A DNA stretch of 64,000 nucleotides from positions 1,728,001 to 1,792,000 of the forward strand of contig CAWDSK010000006.1 in the NCBI GenBank assembly GCA_963804995.1, written 5' to 3'. Under the pieces are notes generated by a model, which saw only the letters and a list, made by a program, of their open reading frames with translations, was not told the origin of the DNA and searched no databases. This document shows positions 63,684-64,000 of the stretch, piece by piece. Each line of letters opens with the position of its first letter. The stretch's first letter is position 1. Position numbers and translations under genes: made by a program. The stretch comes from an uncultured Acidobacteriota bacterium. Its GTDB lineage: Bacteria; Acidobacteriota; Terriglobia; UBA7540.

Positions 63684-64000
63684 GTGGTCTCTGTGCGCTC
63701 TGTGGTGAATCCGTGTTTATGAAAAAATTCACCACAGAGGACACAGAGGTCACGGAGAGCAGCCGGAGAAAAAACGTGGGTCGATAACCAAGGAAGCGTG
63801 ATCTCCACCCGCGCCATCAGAAGGGCTCTGCTCTGTGGTCTCTGTGCGCTCTGTGGTGAATCCGTGTTTATGAAAAAATTCACCACAGAGGACACAGAGG
63901 TCACGGAGAGCAGCCGGAGAAAAAACGTGGGTCGATAACCAAGGAAGCGCAATCTCCACCCGCGCCATCAGAAGCGTTCTGCTCTGTGGTCTCTGTGCGC
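63684..64000. repeat. 151-bp tandem repeat of paired CACAGAG-type palindromes; runs off the window
   Basis: gaaaaaattcaccacagagg at 63721 and 63872; 4 mismatches in 129 aligned nt. Confidence 0.85.

Noticed and set aside
63524..63968. ORFs with repeated peptides
   Set aside because: Translations of the 151-bp tandem repeat
63684..64000. CRISPR array
   Set aside because: The segments between palindromes are near-identical rather than unique spacers, the period is 151 bp, and no cas genes are in the window

Overview
64 kb of a GC-rich bacterial chromosome, most likely Acidobacteriota (inferred from the PadR + duplicated-orphan ABC permease pair, the PilZ protein style and the repeat families). 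The core genes are tadA, tRNA-Ser(CGA), an EmrAB-TolC-type efflux operon, gltBD, galM, motAB, queCE and queD, dinG, der, a PIN/TRAM-ispD-ispF cluster, acyP, apt and a globin-coupled two-component cluster. They are interleaved with accessory DNA: a type I HsdR, a HEPN-MNT pair, two VapBC pairs, a BrnT/BrnA remnant and an AbiE-like pair. REP-like palindromes and heptamer tracts are dense throughout. Four single-base frameshifts (emrB copy, gltB, ispF, NtrC-type regulator) probably reflect assembly error. Most notable: (1) a 1322-bp transposase-free element with 20-bp terminal inverted repeats and an 8-bp target duplication that carries only a ClpP-like protease with an internal duplication; (2) a complete group II intron inserted into the stem of a REP palindrome, with a visible EBS1/IBS1 match; (3) an unannotated UxxC selenoprotein; (4) collapsed ABC-permease remnants that bracket a VapBC module with 80-bp direct repeats; (5) a STAS-TolC fusion; (6) sigma28/sigma54-like promoters on a small zinc-finger gene and on a degenerate-GGDEF-motAB operon. 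All family calls are by eye; no searches were run.
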